Position numbers and translations under genes: made by a program. Positions 10,430 through 19,951 of a stretch of 64,000 nucleotides of DNA are shown one piece after another (the first letter of the stretch is position 1; every line of letters begins with the position of its first letter). This DNA is from Halobacteriovoraceae bacterium. GTDB taxonomy: Bacteria > Bdellovibrionota > Bacteriovoracia > Bacteriovoracales > Bacteriovoracaceae. The notes below the pieces were generated by a model that saw nothing but the letters and a program-made list of their open reading frames with translations, made no database searches and was not told where the DNA came from. The DNA lies in the NCBI GenBank assembly GCA_963719505.1, contig CAVRCF010000005.1:1088001-1152000 (forward strand), given 5' to 3'.

Positions 10430-11809
10430 ATGAAAAACGAAACGAATCAATTCAAAGAGATGTTAATGTGGACTCCAATTGCACTCATGCTGCTTTTAAG
10501 TTCACAAGCCTTCTCACAAGACAAAGAGCCGTCGGTTACACGAGGTCCATCAGTAGTGAATACTGAGTACGAGGGAGACCCTGAAATCCAATTATCATCT
10601 CAAGATGATAAAGAAGAAGACTTCACTCAAACCATTAGTCCTGCAGAGAGAGAGATTCTTGAAGCTGAAGCTAGAAGAGAAGGAAGAGAAGTTAACTGGG
10701 CACAAATCGCTCAAGACAACGCCATCACTATTAGTGGAGAGAACGAAAGAGATGGTGATGTTGTCACTACTGAAACAGAAACTAATATTGACGAAGAAGT
10801 TCTAACAACAGAAATTGAAACTGAGACAGTTGAATCTCTAAAAAAGAAGCTTGCTGAAAAAACGCAGGAGCTAGAAAGTTTAAGAGCATCAATTGATGAT
10901 GGATCAGTTAATACATCAGAAGAAATTGAAAGACTTAATCAAATTATTCTTTCGGCTGAAAGAGAAATTTCAACTCTTTCATCTCAAATTTCTGACCTTA
11001 CAATTGAGACAGAACTTGCCGTCGCAGACAAAGAAGCTTTGGAAGCAAAAGTCTTAGTTGTAGAAATTGAAATTGAGGAACTTAAAGCCCTCTTAGCTGA
11101 AAGAGAAGTTAAAATTGCAGCACTAGAAGCTGAGAAACTTGCTCTTGAAGAAGAAAAAGAAGCTTTAACAGCTCAAACAATTAAACTTAAAGAAGAAAAA
11201 GCTCAACTTGAAACAGTAACTTGTGAACAAGAAGATAGACTTGCAAAACTTGAAGAACTAATCTCAGCTAGCACTAGTGCTCCTGATATTATGGCTGCCA
11301 TGATGATGCAACAACAACAAATGATGATGAGCATGATGATGATGATGAACTCAGGATTTCCAATGACTCAAGCTCCAAGCTTAAGCAACGGAAACGACAA
11401 CCTCAACATGATGATGATGATGCAATCAATGCAACAAGAAAGTAGAATGACTAACTTTCAAAATGGAATCTACGGATTGTTTGGAGCGATGAATAGCACA
11501 ACTCCTACTTACCAAATCGCAGGTGACTATTTTAACGGCGGGGCATACTCAATCATGAATCAAGGTCAAGGTTTTGGTCAGCAACAACAACAAAACCCAA
11601 TGATGATGAATCAACCGATGGTAGCTCAACCTTTTAGCTACAATATGAACAGATCGATTTCTTCAGGAACTAACGGTGTGTTTACAGACTCTGGAAGCAA
11701 TAGTGGCACAGATACTTCAGGCTCTAACGGAGTCCAAGATGGAACAACAACAAATCCAGATCTTTCTGAAGGCGAACTTAAAGACGCACAAGATGCTGGA
11801 ATGGTATAA
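10430..11809 (+). CDS. Secreted acidic coiled-coil protein with Met/Gln-rich low-complexity C-terminal half
   Basis: Signal peptide (SSQAFS), long heptad region, MAAMMMQQQQMMMSMMMMM; GAGGAG RBS. Confidence 0.85.
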   Translation: MKNETNQFKEMLMWTPIALMLLLSSQAFSQDKEPSVTRGPSVVNTEYEGDPEIQLSSQDDKEEDFTQTISPAEREILEAEARREGREVNWAQIAQDNAITISGENERDGDVVTTETETNIDEEVLTTEIETETVESLKKKLAEKTQELESLRASIDDGSVNTSEEIERLNQIILSAEREISTLSSQISDLTIETELAVADKEALEAKVLVVEIEIEELKALLAEREVKIAALEAEKLALEEEKEALTAQTIKLKEEKAQLETVTCEQEDRLAKLEELISASTSAPDIMAAMMMQQQQMMMSMMMMMNSGFPMTQAPSLSNGNDNLNMMMMMQSMQQESRMTNFQNGIYGLFGAMNSTTPTYQIAGDYFNGGAYSIMNQGQGFGQQQQQNPMMMNQPMVAQPFSYNMNRSISSGTNGVFTDSGSNSGTDTSGSNGVQDGTTTNPDLSEGELKDAQDAGMV

Positions 11810-11836
11810 AAAGTAAAACAATCAAGTACAACCTTC

Positions 11837-11868
11837 AAGCCCCTGTAATTCAGGGGCTTTTTGTTTTT
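11837..11868 (+). terminator. Rho-independent terminator
   Basis: AAGCCCCTG-TAATT-CAGGGGCTT followed by T-tract. Confidence 0.9.
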
Positions 11869-11892
11869 ATCTCGCTATAGGCAAAATTTTCC

Positions 11893-11919
11893 TAAGCAAA
11901 TATCTTTAAGAGTCGAAAA
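11893..11919 (+). promoter_or_regulatory. Candidate sigma28 (FliA) promoter
   Basis: TAAG-N15-GTCGAAAA upstream of the Zn-ribbon gene and recJ. Confidence 0.55.
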
Positions 11920-11933
11920 GTTAAGTAATATTA

Positions 11934-12206
11934 ATGCTCATAAGGACCGAGACTCCAATGAATAACTTAAGACCTGCCCTTAACAAAACAACGAAGAAAA
12001 TCATTAGAAAATGCCATTGTTGCTCTCAGGTTACCGAATCAGAAAAAGAAGTTGAAAAGTGTCTTAGTTGCGGAAAGTCATTTTTACCTTTAAATTATTT
12101 TGATAAAATTCATGGAAATGCTGATTATAAATTCGATGAGTTATGGGCCCAAGGCCATGAACTCGAAGAAGAAGACCTTATCAAAGGACTCTGTGTCATT
12201 TGGTAA
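11934..12206 (+). CDS. Small Zn-ribbon hypothetical protein
   Basis: CHCC...CLSC cysteine pairs; start may be 11958. Confidence 0.7.
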   Translation: MLIRTETPMNNLRPALNKTTKKIIRKCHCCSQVTESEKEVEKCLSCGKSFLPLNYFDKIHGNADYKFDELWAQGHELEEEDLIKGLCVIW

Positions 12207-12244
12207 ATCTAGTCTAAACACCTCTCCTATGGTACCAATAGGAG

Positions 12245-13960
12245 ATGAACCAACTATCCGAAAACAACGACCTTAAAACAAAACTCCACCCAGCTATCAT
12301 CAGACTCTTTGAAAAAAGAGATATTTTTGAAACAGCAGAAGAATACTTCTCTTGGAACTTACTGGACCTCCCTGACATTACTGACATGCTCGATATGGAC
12401 AAGACAGTGGCGCGCATATCCGAAGCCATTGATAAAAAACAAGTCATTGGTATTTATGGTGACTACGATGTAGATGGATGCACTTCTTGTGCACTTTTTT
12501 ATCATTTTTTTAAAATGATCGATGTGGAAGTAGAACTCTTTCAACCAAGTCGTTTTGTTGAAGGATATGGAGTCCATCCTGCAAGTGTGGATACGGCCAT
12601 CGAAAAGGGTGTCTCCCTTCTTATTACGGTTGACTGTGGAATTACAAATCTTGAGACATGTGACTACGCAAAAGAGAGAGGTCTTGATCTGATCATTACT
12701 GATCACCATAAAGACGCGCGTGAACATCTTCCAGATGCCTTCGCCGTCGTAAATCCCAATAGAAGAGATGAGGACAAAGAGGTTTTAAAACCTTTAGCCG
12801 GAGTTGGTGTCTCTTTTGCTGTCTGCCTTGCCCTCAAAAATGAATGGGCCAAACAAGGAAAAGAAATTCCAAGTATCTATCCCCTTTTACAATTTGTGGC
12901 CATTGGAACTATTTGCGACATGGCAAAGTTGACGCCCATGAATATGAAGCTTACTCGCCATGGCCTAAAGCAAATTCCCAAGACGACCTACTCTGGAATT
13001 GCTAGCTTCTTTACCGATGAGGATAGAAACTGCGAAGTCATCCCAAGTGAGAAAATTTCTTTTTATGTGGGACCTCTCATTAACAGTAAAGGCAGATTAG
13101 ATCATCCAGAAAAAGCTTTAAACCTTTTAGTAAGCTCAGACTACAAAGAGGCCTTCGCCAACTATTCTCACCTTGAAATTTCTAATCGAGAAAGAAAAAT
13201 TATTCAAAAAGAGGTTTTTGACGAGGCCCGTACCAATATAACAAAAGAAGTTAAAACAGGTGAGATTTATTCATGTATCACTTATGCCTCTCACTGGCAT
13301 GAGGGTGTTATCGGGATTGTTGCCTCAAAACTCGTTGAAACTTTTGAAGTTCCGGCCGTGGTTTTTACTGACTCTGAAGATCCCAATATTATCAAAGCAA
13401 GTTGTCGAAGTGCAGGAAGCTTAAATCTCTACGACCTTCTCAAAGAATGTTCAGATCTTTTTATAAAGTTTGGTGGCCACAAAGCGGCAGCAGGTCTGTC
13501 GATGCCAAAAGAGAACTTCTCAGCTTTCAAAGAGAGAATGAACAACCTTCTTGTCCCTATCCCTCAAATGGAGAGAACAGTTCAAGACCACTATGATATT
13601 ATTTTAAAATTTCAAGAAATCGATAGAAAGCTTATAAAAGAATTGGCCCTTATGGAGCCTTTTGGAATGGGTAATCAAAGACCTACTTTTAGAATGGTTA
13701 ACGCTCGCATAGAAAGCTATAAAATACTAAAAGACCTTCACGTTAAATGGACTTTTGTCTCTGACGATTTACCTGGACAAAAGATTGGAGGCATAAGCTT
13801 CAACTTTATCGGCAAGTGGAATACAGCAATGCCGGAAGATCTCTTTGAAAAGCAAGAAAAAGAAGGACTCACTGTTCAGTTTAGTCTTGGAATTAACCGC
13901 TTTAGAGGAAACGAAATCATCCAACTTATGGTTGATAAGATCATGCTTGGAGCGATGTGA
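12245..13960 (+). CDS. recJ: ssDNA-specific exonuclease RecJ
   Basis: YGDYDVDG, TVDCG, TDHH, GTICD, WHEGVIGIVAS, FGGHKAAAG, EPFGMGN. Confidence 0.97.
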   Translation: MNQLSENNDLKTKLHPAIIRLFEKRDIFETAEEYFSWNLLDLPDITDMLDMDKTVARISEAIDKKQVIGIYGDYDVDGCTSCALFYHFFKMIDVEVELFQPSRFVEGYGVHPASVDTAIEKGVSLLITVDCGITNLETCDYAKERGLDLIITDHHKDAREHLPDAFAVVNPNRRDEDKEVLKPLAGVGVSFAVCLALKNEWAKQGKEIPSIYPLLQFVAIGTICDMAKLTPMNMKLTRHGLKQIPKTTYSGIASFFTDEDRNCEVIPSEKISFYVGPLINSKGRLDHPEKALNLLVSSDYKEAFANYSHLEISNRERKIIQKEVFDEARTNITKEVKTGEIYSCITYASHWHEGVIGIVASKLVETFEVPAVVFTDSEDPNIIKASCRSAGSLNLYDLLKECSDLFIKFGGHKAAAGLSMPKENFSAFKERMNNLLVPIPQMERTVQDHYDIILKFQEIDRKLIKELALMEPFGMGNQRPTFRMVNARIESYKILKDLHVKWTFVSDDLPGQKIGGISFNFIGKWNTAMPEDLFEKQEKEGLTVQFSLGINRFRGNEIIQLMVDKIMLGAM

Positions 13961-14754
13961 TTCAAAAAGATAGGTTTCATTACCTTATTAAATTTCAATA
14001 TTTAGGTTTTCGTTTTCATGGTTGGCAAAAACAACCCGATAGCTACAGAACGGTCCAGGGGATGCTCGAGAGAACTCTAAATTTTATCTTTGATAAAAAG
14101 GAAGACTTTAAAACTCTTGGTGCCAGTAGAACAGATGCCATGGTCTCTGCCTTAGAGTCATATTGTAAACTGACAACCATTAATAAATTTGATGCCGAAT
14201 TTATTTTTACTGCACTTAATAAAAATCTTCCCCAAGATATAAAAGCGATAAGTGTTGAAGAAACCACCCCAGAATTTCGCATTATCGATGAATCGAAAAT
14301 AAAGACTTATCAATACTTCTTTAGCAATGTTGAAAAAGCCCATCCTTTTAGTGCTCCTTATATCACAAACTTTTCAGGAAACTTAGATATGTCATTGATG
14401 CATCAAGCGGCAAAAATCTTTGAAGGACATCACAACTTTAGTCGCTACTGCTTTAGACCAAATCCGACGAAAACTTTTGAAAGAGAAATACAAAGTTCAC
14501 TTATAAAAGAAAACACTGAGCTCACGGCAAGTTTTTTTCCCAAAACTTCTTTTGTGTATGAAGTACGTGCAAGTGGATTTTTGAGAAACCAAATAAGGAT
14601 CATGATGGGAGCCATCATTATGGTCGGTAAAGGAGAGATGAGTTTAGAACAGCTGGAACAATCTTTGGTTGGAGAAGAGTTTAAGCTCGCCTCTTTTGTT
14701 GCTCCAGCAAGTGGATTGATGCTCAAAGAACTTAATCTTCAAGCATCAAGTTAA
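13957..14754 (+). CDS. truA: tRNA pseudouridine(38-40) synthase
   Basis: YLGFRFHGWQKQP, GASRTDAMVSA, GFLRNQIRIMMG, APASGL. Confidence 0.92.
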   Translation: MIQKDRFHYLIKFQYLGFRFHGWQKQPDSYRTVQGMLERTLNFIFDKKEDFKTLGASRTDAMVSALESYCKLTTINKFDAEFIFTALNKNLPQDIKAISVEETTPEFRIIDESKIKTYQYFFSNVEKAHPFSAPYITNFSGNLDMSLMHQAAKIFEGHHNFSRYCFRPNPTKTFEREIQSSLIKENTELTASFFPKTSFVYEVRASGFLRNQIRIMMGAIIMVGKGEMSLEQLEQSLVGEEFKLASFVAPASGLMLKELNLQASS

Positions 14755-14756
14755 TT

Positions 14757-15281
14757 TTATCTTTTAACCGTTACTTTTTCCATTACAACATCGTGAACCG
14801 GTCTATCCCCAGGTCCAACTTTAACGGCAGCAATTTTTTCAATTGTCTCCATTCCATCAGTAACTTTTCCAAACACCGTATGACGTCCATTTAAGTGGGG
14901 AGTTGGAGCAAGTGTGACGAAGAACTGAGACCCATTTGTCCCTGGACCAGCATTTGCCATTGAAAGAATTCCAGCTTCATCGTGTTTTAATTCTGGATGA
15001 CACTCATCTTTAAACCTATAACCAGGTCCGCCCATCCCACTACCTTCTGGACAACCGCCTTGGATAACGAAGTTTGAAATAATTCTATGAAAGATTAGGC
15101 CATCATAAAATGGTCCCTCTTTAACTGTTTCCTGTCTTCCTTCAATAAGGTTAACAAAGTTCCAAACAGTTTCAGGACATTCTTTCGCATAGAGAACAAC
15201 ATCAAAGTTTCCCATATTTGTTTCAAACGTTGCATTAATTCTGTCTAAGTCTTCCTTGTGATCATTTTTTGTAAAGCTCAT
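14757..15281 (-). CDS. Cyclophilin-type peptidyl-prolyl cis-trans isomerase
   Basis: [43 protein letters not shown]. Confidence 0.96.
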   Translation of the reverse strand: MSFTKNDHKEDLDRINATFETNMGNFDVVLYAKECPETVWNFVNLIEGRQETVKEGPFYDGLIFHRIISNFVIQGGCPEGSGMGGPGYRFKDECHPELKHDEAGILSMANAGPGTNGSQFFVTLAPTPHLNGRHTVFGKVTDGMETIEKIAAVKVGPGDRPVHDVVMEKVTVKR

Positions 15282-15304
15282 TTTTTTTCACCTTTTATTT
15301 TTTG

Positions 15305-16045
15305 TTAATAATTAAACTGATTTTTTATTCCTATAATTGAGTCGGTTTTTTGATTGGAAAAAAGATAAACGCTCTTTCCTTTAAAAAGTTTACTCATATC
15401 AATCGCGTAGTGATAATCCAGAACAAAGTCTGTATTATAAGGAGAAAACATCGATTGTGATATTCCCTTTACTCCAGACTCCGAGAACTTATTACTCGTG
15501 ATAAAATCATCTAGCTCTTCAGAAGACAGACACATTGATATAAAAACGGGATGACCTTTTAACATTTTTGAGCTTCTCATCAAACTTTTAAGTTTTTTCA
15601 ATGCCTCTTTGTTCTGTGTCGCTTCATCGATCCAAACTAAATGAATACGGCTAAACTTTGGAACGATAAACTCTCTTCCTCCACCAAGGATTTGCTGGTG
15701 AACATTAAAAGTTAAAAAAGATTCATCTTTTAAGAATACTGTTTTACGGCCAGTTGATTTTTTATATTCTGCAAATCTTCGATTAAGCATAAGTTGATAC
15801 TGAATAAGTTGTTCGTAGTCAAAAGAGTAACTGGCATGCATGTCTTTGAAGTTTATATACCGGATGGGTTCATTTCTTTTACATTTGGCTTCGCTTGAAA
15901 AATTGGCCCAGTCTGGAACATCAGGGAGGTAGTATTTCTCAATACCAGAACCAATATAAACCTGGTCAAGGTCTTGTTTAAACATACCTTCTTCTGTCGT
16001 TGCACAGGACAGCATAAAAAATGATAAGACAAAAAGATATTTCAT
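15305..16045 (-). CDS. Hypothetical lipoprotein
   Basis: Lipobox MLSC; 246-aa ORF. Confidence 0.75.
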   Translation of the reverse strand: MKYLFVLSFFMLSCATTEEGMFKQDLDQVYIGSGIEKYYLPDVPDWANFSSEAKCKRNEPIRYINFKDMHASYSFDYEQLIQYQLMLNRRFAEYKKSTGRKTVFLKDESFLTFNVHQQILGGGREFIVPKFSRIHLVWIDEATQNKEALKKLKSLMRSSKMLKGHPVFISMCLSSEELDDFITSNKFSESGVKGISQSMFSPYNTDFVLDYHYAIDMSKLFKGKSVYLFSNQKTDSIIGIKNQFNY

Positions 16046-16096
16046 GCCGCAAAGATTATCAACTCTGGATCAATTTGGCTTTTGAAAAATTGGCCC

Positions 16097-16552
16097 TTAG
16101 AGAAAGTAAACCTTGGACTCGCCTTTATCAATACATGAGAATTCGGCAAATTTATAAATGAAATCAATAAATGGTTCGAAAGCTTGGAAGCTTGGAAGGG
16201 ATTTATCAAATTCTCCCCCAAAACGCATAAAAGCTGTCCCTCGTTCATCAATATACTCAGATCCGTGCTTAACATTAACAACGAGTGGCAAAAAGTCATC
16301 TTTTGTAAAATAAACTCTAATCGTTGTGTCCTGACCAGTGGGAAATTGGCCCTTGGCGCTTTTTGTAAAGGGAACTTGAAACAGACATCCATCTTTAGAG
16401 ATATCAACTAAATTAACAGAGTATTTTGTTCCGTTATTGTCGATCTCAGCGTAAGCCCCTAAAAATTCAGAGAATAGAACACGCTCAAATGATCTTTTTC
16501 TCTTATCAATTGAATCTTGTCTTTTTTTCTGAAAATCTATTACCTTGCTCAT
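16097..16552 (-). CDS. PilZ-domain protein
   Basis: KRKRSFER and DISKDG (RxxxR / DxSxxG); AGGAG RBS. Confidence 0.8.
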   Translation of the reverse strand: MSKVIDFQKKRQDSIDKRKRSFERVLFSEFLGAYAEIDNNGTKYSVNLVDISKDGCLFQVPFTKSAKGQFPTGQDTTIRVYFTKDDFLPLVVNVKHGSEYIDERGTAFMRFGGEFDKSLPSFQAFEPFIDFIYKFAEFSCIDKGESKVYFL

Positions 16553-16583
16553 CTAAGCTCCTTGATGCGTATGTTCAAATAAC

Positions 16584-16611
16584 CTATCGACCAAAACAAT
16601 AAGGATCTTTA
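16584..16611 (-). promoter_or_regulatory. Candidate sigma28 promoter
   Basis: Minus strand TAAAG-N15-GTCGATAG upstream of the PilZ gene. Confidence 0.65.
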
Positions 16612-16692
16612 AATCAAACTGCTGACAGGCAAAATAAGCTCCCATAAATCTAAGTTATTGGATAAATTGGACCAAGATGATAAGCTGCTCTT

Positions 16693-17607
16693 ATGAAAAA
16701 TTATTCAATACTCGACCAATATCTTTTTGAATTAGAAAAGCATCTGCAGGACATTACCCCAACGGATCGCTCAAGTATCATCTTAGATATTAATCAACAT
16801 ATTCAAGAATCTTTAAAAAATTTTCCAGAGCAAGATATCAAACAAATACTTGATGACTTGGGAGCTCCAGCAAAAGTTGCGAATCATTACCGCTTAGACA
16901 GAGGTTTAAAACTCTTTAAACCGAGTAGACATCCCTTTATCAAGTGGCTCTCTATTACCTTTATCTCTACTTTTGGAATTTTTCTTTTATTCATCACTAT
17001 AATGGTTTGGAAGTTTACTCCCATTTTTGAAGTTAATGAAAAACAAGGGAAAGTTGTTTTCTTGGGCGGGCTTATTGATATTAATATGACCAGTGGAAAG
17101 GTAAAGGTCCTAGATGAATATCACTTTACAGAAAACACCTATACCAATCAATTTGAAGGAGCCATTGATTTTCCAAAAGAAGAGACTGATGAGCTTGTTG
17201 TTAATTTTAAGTCAGGACTTTTTACTTTTACAAACTCTTTAGATGATAAACTTTCTTGGAATTGTAAATTGGAAACCCCTCCTACCGAGTCTTTTATCAA
17301 CCAATCTGGAGAGACAGTTGAGATCGATCTAGAAAATTTTGAAGGGGCCAATTGCGACTTTAAACTTCCATCAAACATTAAGTTAACAGTCGATGGAAAA
17401 GAAGCCAATATCACCGTGACTGACGCTGAATACGACACCTATATCGAACTCAATAACGGTCTCGTAAAGTTTTCTCCAAATCCTGAAGTAGACTATAATT
17501 ACGATTTAAAAGTGAAAAAGGGATCTACAGATGAGTTTTTCTCTGTTCAAAATCCAAACTCTTTTGAAGTGAGAATCTTTATTGAAAATGGAAGTATTAG
17601 GAAATAA
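16693..17607 (+). CDS. DUF1700/HAAS-domain membrane protein with beta-rich C-terminal domain
   Basis: YLFELEKHL...IILDINQHIQE...ILDDLGAPAKVA, one TM helix, then a beta-rich domain. Confidence 0.65.
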   Translation: MKNYSILDQYLFELEKHLQDITPTDRSSIILDINQHIQESLKNFPEQDIKQILDDLGAPAKVANHYRLDRGLKLFKPSRHPFIKWLSITFISTFGIFLLFITIMVWKFTPIFEVNEKQGKVVFLGGLIDINMTSGKVKVLDEYHFTENTYTNQFEGAIDFPKEETDELVVNFKSGLFTFTNSLDDKLSWNCKLETPPTESFINQSGETVEIDLENFEGANCDFKLPSNIKLTVDGKEANITVTDAEYDTYIELNNGLVKFSPNPEVDYNYDLKVKKGSTDEFFSVQNPNSFEVRIFIENGSIRK

Positions 17608-17944
17608 TTTCTAAGACACTCTCAGGAGGTCTTCCCACTCTGGCTTCTCCTTTATGTAATAAAATTGGTCTCTCCAGTAGTTTGGGATATTTTAAAATCA
17701 CCCTTATAACTTCCTCTATTGTTTCTGGTTTCGATTGAAGGTTTTTATATTCCTCTTCCTTCACTCTGAGGTAACTAGAGGCTTTATTTGGTAAGGCATC
17801 AAAAACCTCTTCTAAAAATTCAATTCCTAAGTCTTTTTCAAGGTATAACAAAAGTTGAGGTTCAATCCCCTTTGACTTTAAAAGTTCTAAGGTTTGTCTA
17901 CTTTTGGAACAGTTTGGATTGTGAATAAGTTTATAATCTGACAT
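17597..17944 (-). CDS. arsC: ArsC/Spx-family (glutaredoxin-type arsenate reductase-like) protein
   Basis: HNPNCSKSR, PKLLERPI, VGRPPE. Confidence 0.88.
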   Translation of the reverse strand: MSDYKLIHNPNCSKSRQTLELLKSKGIEPQLLLYLEKDLGIEFLEEVFDALPNKASSYLRVKEEEYKNLQSKPETIEEVIRVILKYPKLLERPILLHKGEARVGRPPESVLEIIS

Positions 17945-17970
17945 GATACTCCTATAAATAAGGATATTTT

Positions 17971-18606
17971 ATGGACTTAAAAGACGTTAGACAAGATTAT
18001 ATGCAAAAGCCTCTCGATATTGAAGGCTATAGAGAAAACCCTGGCAAGCTTTTAGAGAAGTGGTTTGAAGATGCTCTTTCTGAAAATCTTCCTCTACCAA
18101 ACGCAGTCACTCTTTCCACAATAGGTCTAGATGGATTTCCAAATGCTCGGGTCGTCCTCGTGAAAGAAGTCTCTGGTAATAGTCTGGTGATCTACACAGA
18201 TTACGAAAGCACCAAAGGGCTAGAAATAGAGAAAAATAGTAATGTCGCTGTCACAGTTCTTTGGAAAGGGGTTGAAAGACAAATTAGAATTAGAGCAAAG
18301 TGTGAAAAAATATCCTATGAAGAATCCGATAAATATTTTCGCTCTCGTCCAAAAGCATCACAAATAAGTGCTACAGCTTCTCATCAAAGTCAGCCAACTG
18401 AGATGAAGACTTTGGAATCAAAAGTTGAAAGTCTTACAGAACAATATAAAAATGAAGACTCACTACCCTGTCCTCCAAACTGGGGTGGATACAAACTTAT
18501 CTACGACCAAATTGAATTCTGGCAAGGTCGCCCTAATAGATTGCATGATAGATTTCAATTTACCAGAGAAGGAGAATCCTGGAATCTAGAGAGGATTTCT
18601 CCTTAA
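17971..18606 (+). CDS. pdxH: Pyridoxamine 5'-phosphate oxidase
   Basis: ARVVLVK, ERQIRI, YFRSRP, PPNWGGY, EFWQGRPNRLHDR. Confidence 0.96.
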   Translation: MDLKDVRQDYMQKPLDIEGYRENPGKLLEKWFEDALSENLPLPNAVTLSTIGLDGFPNARVVLVKEVSGNSLVIYTDYESTKGLEIEKNSNVAVTVLWKGVERQIRIRAKCEKISYEESDKYFRSRPKASQISATASHQSQPTEMKTLESKVESLTEQYKNEDSLPCPPNWGGYKLIYDQIEFWQGRPNRLHDRFQFTREGESWNLERISP

Positions 18607-18633
18607 ATTAACTACTTAGGGCTCCAAAATGTC

Positions 18634-18661
18634 TCTAGAAAAAGACACCTTAAACCGATAA
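18634..18661 (+). promoter_or_regulatory. Candidate sigma28 promoter
   Basis: TCTAG-N15-ACCGATAA; the ATG begins 7 nt after the -10 box. Confidence 0.5.
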
Positions 18662-18667
18662 GAATCT

Positions 18668-19861
18668 ATGGGTAAGTGGATCTCCTCTCTATTATTAATC
18701 TTTTATGTGAATCTCTCTGAAGCTTCTCATTGTGATATATCGGGTAGAGTCCCTCTCGTTTTTGATCAATCAAGTGTTGATCTATCTACTCAAGTGAGTC
18801 GTCTCACGGCTTCTTCAATTTGTGAAAACTTCGACAAAGATGACTCTTATATTGACGTAAAAACAAAGCTTGAAACACTTGTCGCCAATCAAACGAATGA
18901 AATATATTCCATCAAAGATCGCCACGATATGGGAAATGCACTCAACACTTGTGAGCCAAACAAAAACTCAAAGGCACTCGTTCTCTCTTTTGCCGGAACA
19001 GGGGCATACAATCCAAGAACGCATTCTCTTTTGGCACAGGTTATTCAATGTCAAAAATTTCAAAACCTCTCAGTGCATTCTAAAAAAGCTGTCTATGGAA
19101 TATTCTTTAACGAGTTAAAAAATAAAAATTCTGCTTATACCAAATGGTCGGGCATCGACAAAGGTATTATGAGCAGTTTTATCTCCGATCCTAAGCTCAA
19201 TGCAAAAGCAAAAGATTTTGACTTTGCCACCTTTGCCTCAGAAGAAAGTGAGATGATAGCTGATCCCCAAAATATAAGTTTAAACTCTTTATCAAGCCTA
19301 GCTGATGAAGTCTTGGCTTCAACTGCCGGACTACCAAAAGGTATTGCTAACGCAAAGAAATGCCTTGTAAAATATGCGATGAAGTCAAAAGAGCTTGGTA
19401 TTCATCCAAAACTCATCATCTTGAGTCACTCCAGTGGTGGAAGATCGGCCGTTAAATTTTTAGAACTTATGAAACAAAATGAGATAAAAGCTGATTTGGT
19501 TATAACTCTAGATCCCGTCGTTGAAGCTCAACATGCCATTGGTGAAGTCGCTTCTCAATATGCTGGACGGGCAAGAGACTATCTCAATCCTTTTACATCA
19601 AACGATAAACCTGTAAGAGTATGGTCAAGAACTCAGCCTCGAAAACTTTATAAAACAAATGCAAAAAAATGGATAAGTTTTTATCAAACGGATGATTCAA
19701 AAGGTCTTGGTACATCACCAGCTTTTGGAATCTACGGCTCTCCTATTAGTGGTGGAGAAAACATAAAAATTGAAGATACAGGGGCATCTGGTCACGGAAA
19801 GATCTGTTATGAAGAAGAAGTTTTAGAAAAAATGAAAAAGAGTATTCTTGATTTGTTTTGA
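18668..19861 (+). CDS. Secreted alpha/beta-hydrolase-fold protein
   Basis: Signal peptide; IILSHSSGG nucleophile elbow, VITLDPV, C-terminal GHGKI. Confidence 0.7.
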   Translation: MGKWISSLLLIFYVNLSEASHCDISGRVPLVFDQSSVDLSTQVSRLTASSICENFDKDDSYIDVKTKLETLVANQTNEIYSIKDRHDMGNALNTCEPNKNSKALVLSFAGTGAYNPRTHSLLAQVIQCQKFQNLSVHSKKAVYGIFFNELKNKNSAYTKWSGIDKGIMSSFISDPKLNAKAKDFDFATFASEESEMIADPQNISLNSLSSLADEVLASTAGLPKGIANAKKCLVKYAMKSKELGIHPKLIILSHSSGGRSAVKFLELMKQNEIKADLVITLDPVVEAQHAIGEVASQYAGRARDYLNPFTSNDKPVRVWSRTQPRKLYKTNAKKWISFYQTDDSKGLGTSPAFGIYGSPISGGENIKIEDTGASGHGKICYEEEVLEKMKKSILDLF

Positions 19862-19863
19862 AA

Positions 19864-19901
19864 AAGAAATGGTGGGCGTTGACGGGATCGAATAGCCGAC
19901 A
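19864..19901 (-). repeat. att-like direct repeat: copy of the tRNA-Val 3' end
   Basis: 19864-19892 is identical to 26450-26478 (29 bp), followed by 2 mismatches and 7 more matches (GCCGACA). Confidence 0.92.
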
Positions 19902-19951
19902 CATATATATAAGTAACCTATAGCTTAAAGTTCGAGACTTTACTTATACTT

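Noticed and set aside
19870-19901. Second tRNA-Val gene
   Set aside because: Only the T-arm and 3' acceptor strand are present; treated as an att duplicate.
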